DNA of 35,035 nucleotides from a virus (Duplodnaviria; Caudoviricetes): IMG/VR virus record IMGVR_UViG_3300021124_000016, positions 1 to 35,035 of that record; one strand, 5' to 3'. Shown piece by piece: positions 33,491 to 35,035 of this stretch (position 1 is its first letter; each line of letters starts with the position of its first letter). The notes under the pieces were generated by a model. It saw only the letters and a program-made list of their open reading frames with translations, ran no database searches and was not told where the DNA came from. The position numbers and the translations under genes were made by a program.

Positions 33491-33775
33491 TTACGACTTT
33501 TCAAGTGTTTTTACTAGATTTATTGCACCCTCAATATCGTGTATTCGACATACTGGGCCACCTTTCCAAGAGGCCATAAATTTTTGTTGAGCATCTGTAA
33601 ATTTTGCTTTTGCATCTCGTTTTATTTCGACCAAAGCCGTTTTTGAATGTATGCCAACCACGAGGTCGGGAAAGCCCCCAGCAACCCTAGACGTATCAAA
33701 CACAGAACAACCAAGATCACGCAGCGTTTTAACAATAAGTGCATGATTAGAGTCAACTCTTTTCGCATAAGTCAT
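33491..33775 (-). CDS. VRR-NUC-like nuclease (putative resolvase)
   Basis: KRVDSNH...GFPDLVVG...LVEIK...T..Q..F...W.G. Confidence 0.85.
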   Translation of the reverse strand: MTYAKRVDSNHALIVKTLRDLGCSVFDTSRVAGGFPDLVVGIHSKTALVEIKRDAKAKFTDAQQKFMASWKGGPVCRIHDIEGAINLVKTLEKS

Positions 33776-33802
33776 TGATTATTTATAATACTTAGTTAAG
33801 AT
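33768..33802. promoter_or_regulatory. divergent control region with IHF-consensus site and rightward promoter
   Basis: Minus-strand AATCAATGACTTA fits WATCAANNNNTTR (33768-33780); + strand TTGATT-16-TAAGAT. Confidence 0.4.
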
Positions 33803-33831
33803 ATGCTTACTTTACATTAAAAGAGGCTTAC

Positions 33832-34791
33832 ATGGCTGGTTATTATTTAACAGACGAGCAGTTCATTGAAGAATGGAAAAAGATAGGATCGCCACTTTCT
33901 TTTGCCAAAATCCATGCAATGTCAGAGCGAGCTGTTTATAACCGCAGACGCTCTATTGAAACTAGACTTCAAATTAAATTACCTAGTTTTAATGACAACA
34001 GAATTAACGATTTTAAAAAAACAGAACAAACTGTAGGCAATACTCGTAGGGGAATGGATATTGAAAAAGGGCGAGTTATTGTATTTTCTGACGCTCATTT
34101 TTGGCCTGACCACACTACAACTGCATTTAAAGCCCTTTTGGAAATGATTAAAGAGTTCAAGCCTACTGCTATTGTTTGTAATGGCGATGCTCTTGATGGG
34201 GCTTCTATTAGTCGTTTTCCACGCATGGATTGGTCAAAATTACCTACGGTAAAAGAAGAATTAGAAGCCTGTCAATATTATTTGGGCGAAATTGAAGCAG
34301 TTGCCAAAGGAGCTAAATTATATTTTCCGCTTGGAAATCATGACGCTAGATTAGAATCTAAAATTGTTGAAAATTTGCCAGCTTTTGAGGGAATACCAGG
34401 CACTACTTTAAAAGAATATTTTCCTGCATGGTTGCCATGTTGGTCATTTTGGGTAAATGAGGATACTTGCATTAAGCATCGTTGGAAAGGTGGTTTTGGT
34501 GCTGGTCGTGCAAATACTTTAAATGCTGGCGTAAATATGATTACAGGGCATACACATCATTTATCAGTTATGCCATTTAACGATTACAACGGTGTTCGCT
34601 GGGGTGTTCAAACAGGCACATTATGTGACCCAAATGCTCAGCAATTTGCTTATACAGAGGACACCCCTAAAGATTGGAATAGTGGCTTTGTAATGCTGTC
34701 ATTTGAGCGTAGTAAGCTATTACAGCCTGAAATGATTAGAGTATGGGGCGAAGATGAGGTAGAGTTTAGAGGCAAAATTCATGCAGTATGA
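33832..34791 (+). CDS. calcineurin-like metallophosphoesterase with N-terminal helical extension
   Basis: SDAH, GDALD, GNHD, H, GHTH motifs. Confidence 0.9.
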   Translation: MAGYYLTDEQFIEEWKKIGSPLSFAKIHAMSERAVYNRRRSIETRLQIKLPSFNDNRINDFKKTEQTVGNTRRGMDIEKGRVIVFSDAHFWPDHTTTAFKALLEMIKEFKPTAIVCNGDALDGASISRFPRMDWSKLPTVKEELEACQYYLGEIEAVAKGAKLYFPLGNHDARLESKIVENLPAFEGIPGTTLKEYFPAWLPCWSFWVNEDTCIKHRWKGGFGAGRANTLNAGVNMITGHTHHLSVMPFNDYNGVRWGVQTGTLCDPNAQQFAYTEDTPKDWNSGFVMLSFERSKLLQPEMIRVWGEDEVEFRGKIHAV

Positions 34792-34803
34792 AGGCATGAT
34801 GGC

Positions 34804-35035
34804 ATGAAACTAACACCAGCTATCGTTCGTAACTTGTATTGTGCAATCTATTGCATGAAGCCATTTGATCGCTGGAATATGCCTTTGCCAGAAGAAATAC
34901 AATTTATCGTGGATAAAGATCCAGCAGTTATGGGTAGTTACTTATACGATACTGGTGAAGATTACGAACATACAGTTACTATTTCGGCAGCTCGTTGTGG
35001 GCATTTGGACACGGTAATTCGTGTTTTGTGCCATG
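34804..35035 (+). CDS. SprT-like zinc metalloprotease, 5' part only, truncated by window edge
   Basis: Manual translation MKLTPAIVRNLY...HTVTISAARCGHLDTVIRVLCH. The window ends at what looks like the start of HExxH; the motif itself is not visible. Confidence 0.55.
   Translation, partial: MKLTPAIVRNLYCAIYCMKPFDRWNMPLPEEIQFIVDKDPAVMGSYLYDTGEDYEHTVTISAARCGHLDTVIRVLCH

Overview
The window is most of a ~35 kb P22-like (podovirus) dsDNA phage genome. Both ends fall inside genes: a Ref-like nuclease on the left and a SprT-like protease on the right. The host is Gram-negative (two-component spanin); a freshwater betaproteobacterium is my inference from gene style only. Left arm: a leftward early operon (Cro-like HTH, a ~220-nt structured non-coding element, a truncated replication-initiator-like protein, a dual-frame C5 DNA methyltransferase, Ref) diverges from a rightward operon (ERF, SSB-like protein, PD-(D/E)XK exonuclease, then a variable array of small ORFs). 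A long minus-strand late operon encodes VRR-NUC, GroES, small basic proteins, TerS/TerL, portal, scaffold, coat, decoration proteins, a glycosyltransferase, Gly-rich fibres, gp4/gp10/gp26-like neck proteins, three ejection proteins and a lysis cassette with an embedded Rz1. No integrase, CI repressor, helicase/primase, polymerase or tRNA was recognised. Best leads: (1) unrelated GNAT and ART-like enzymes flanking the portal share an N-terminal peptide resembling the scaffold N-terminus, a candidate capsid-loading tag; (2) a multi-stem, possibly pseudoknotted minus-strand element sits where the initiator's DNA-binding domain would normally be encoded; (3) a small RNA whose loop is the exact complement of an early-gene ribosome-binding site; (4) a methyltransferase split across two fully overlapping frames; (5) a small-ORF array joined by a repeated '...KAQEK*' linker. 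All protein calls come from motif recognition by eye; no searches were run.
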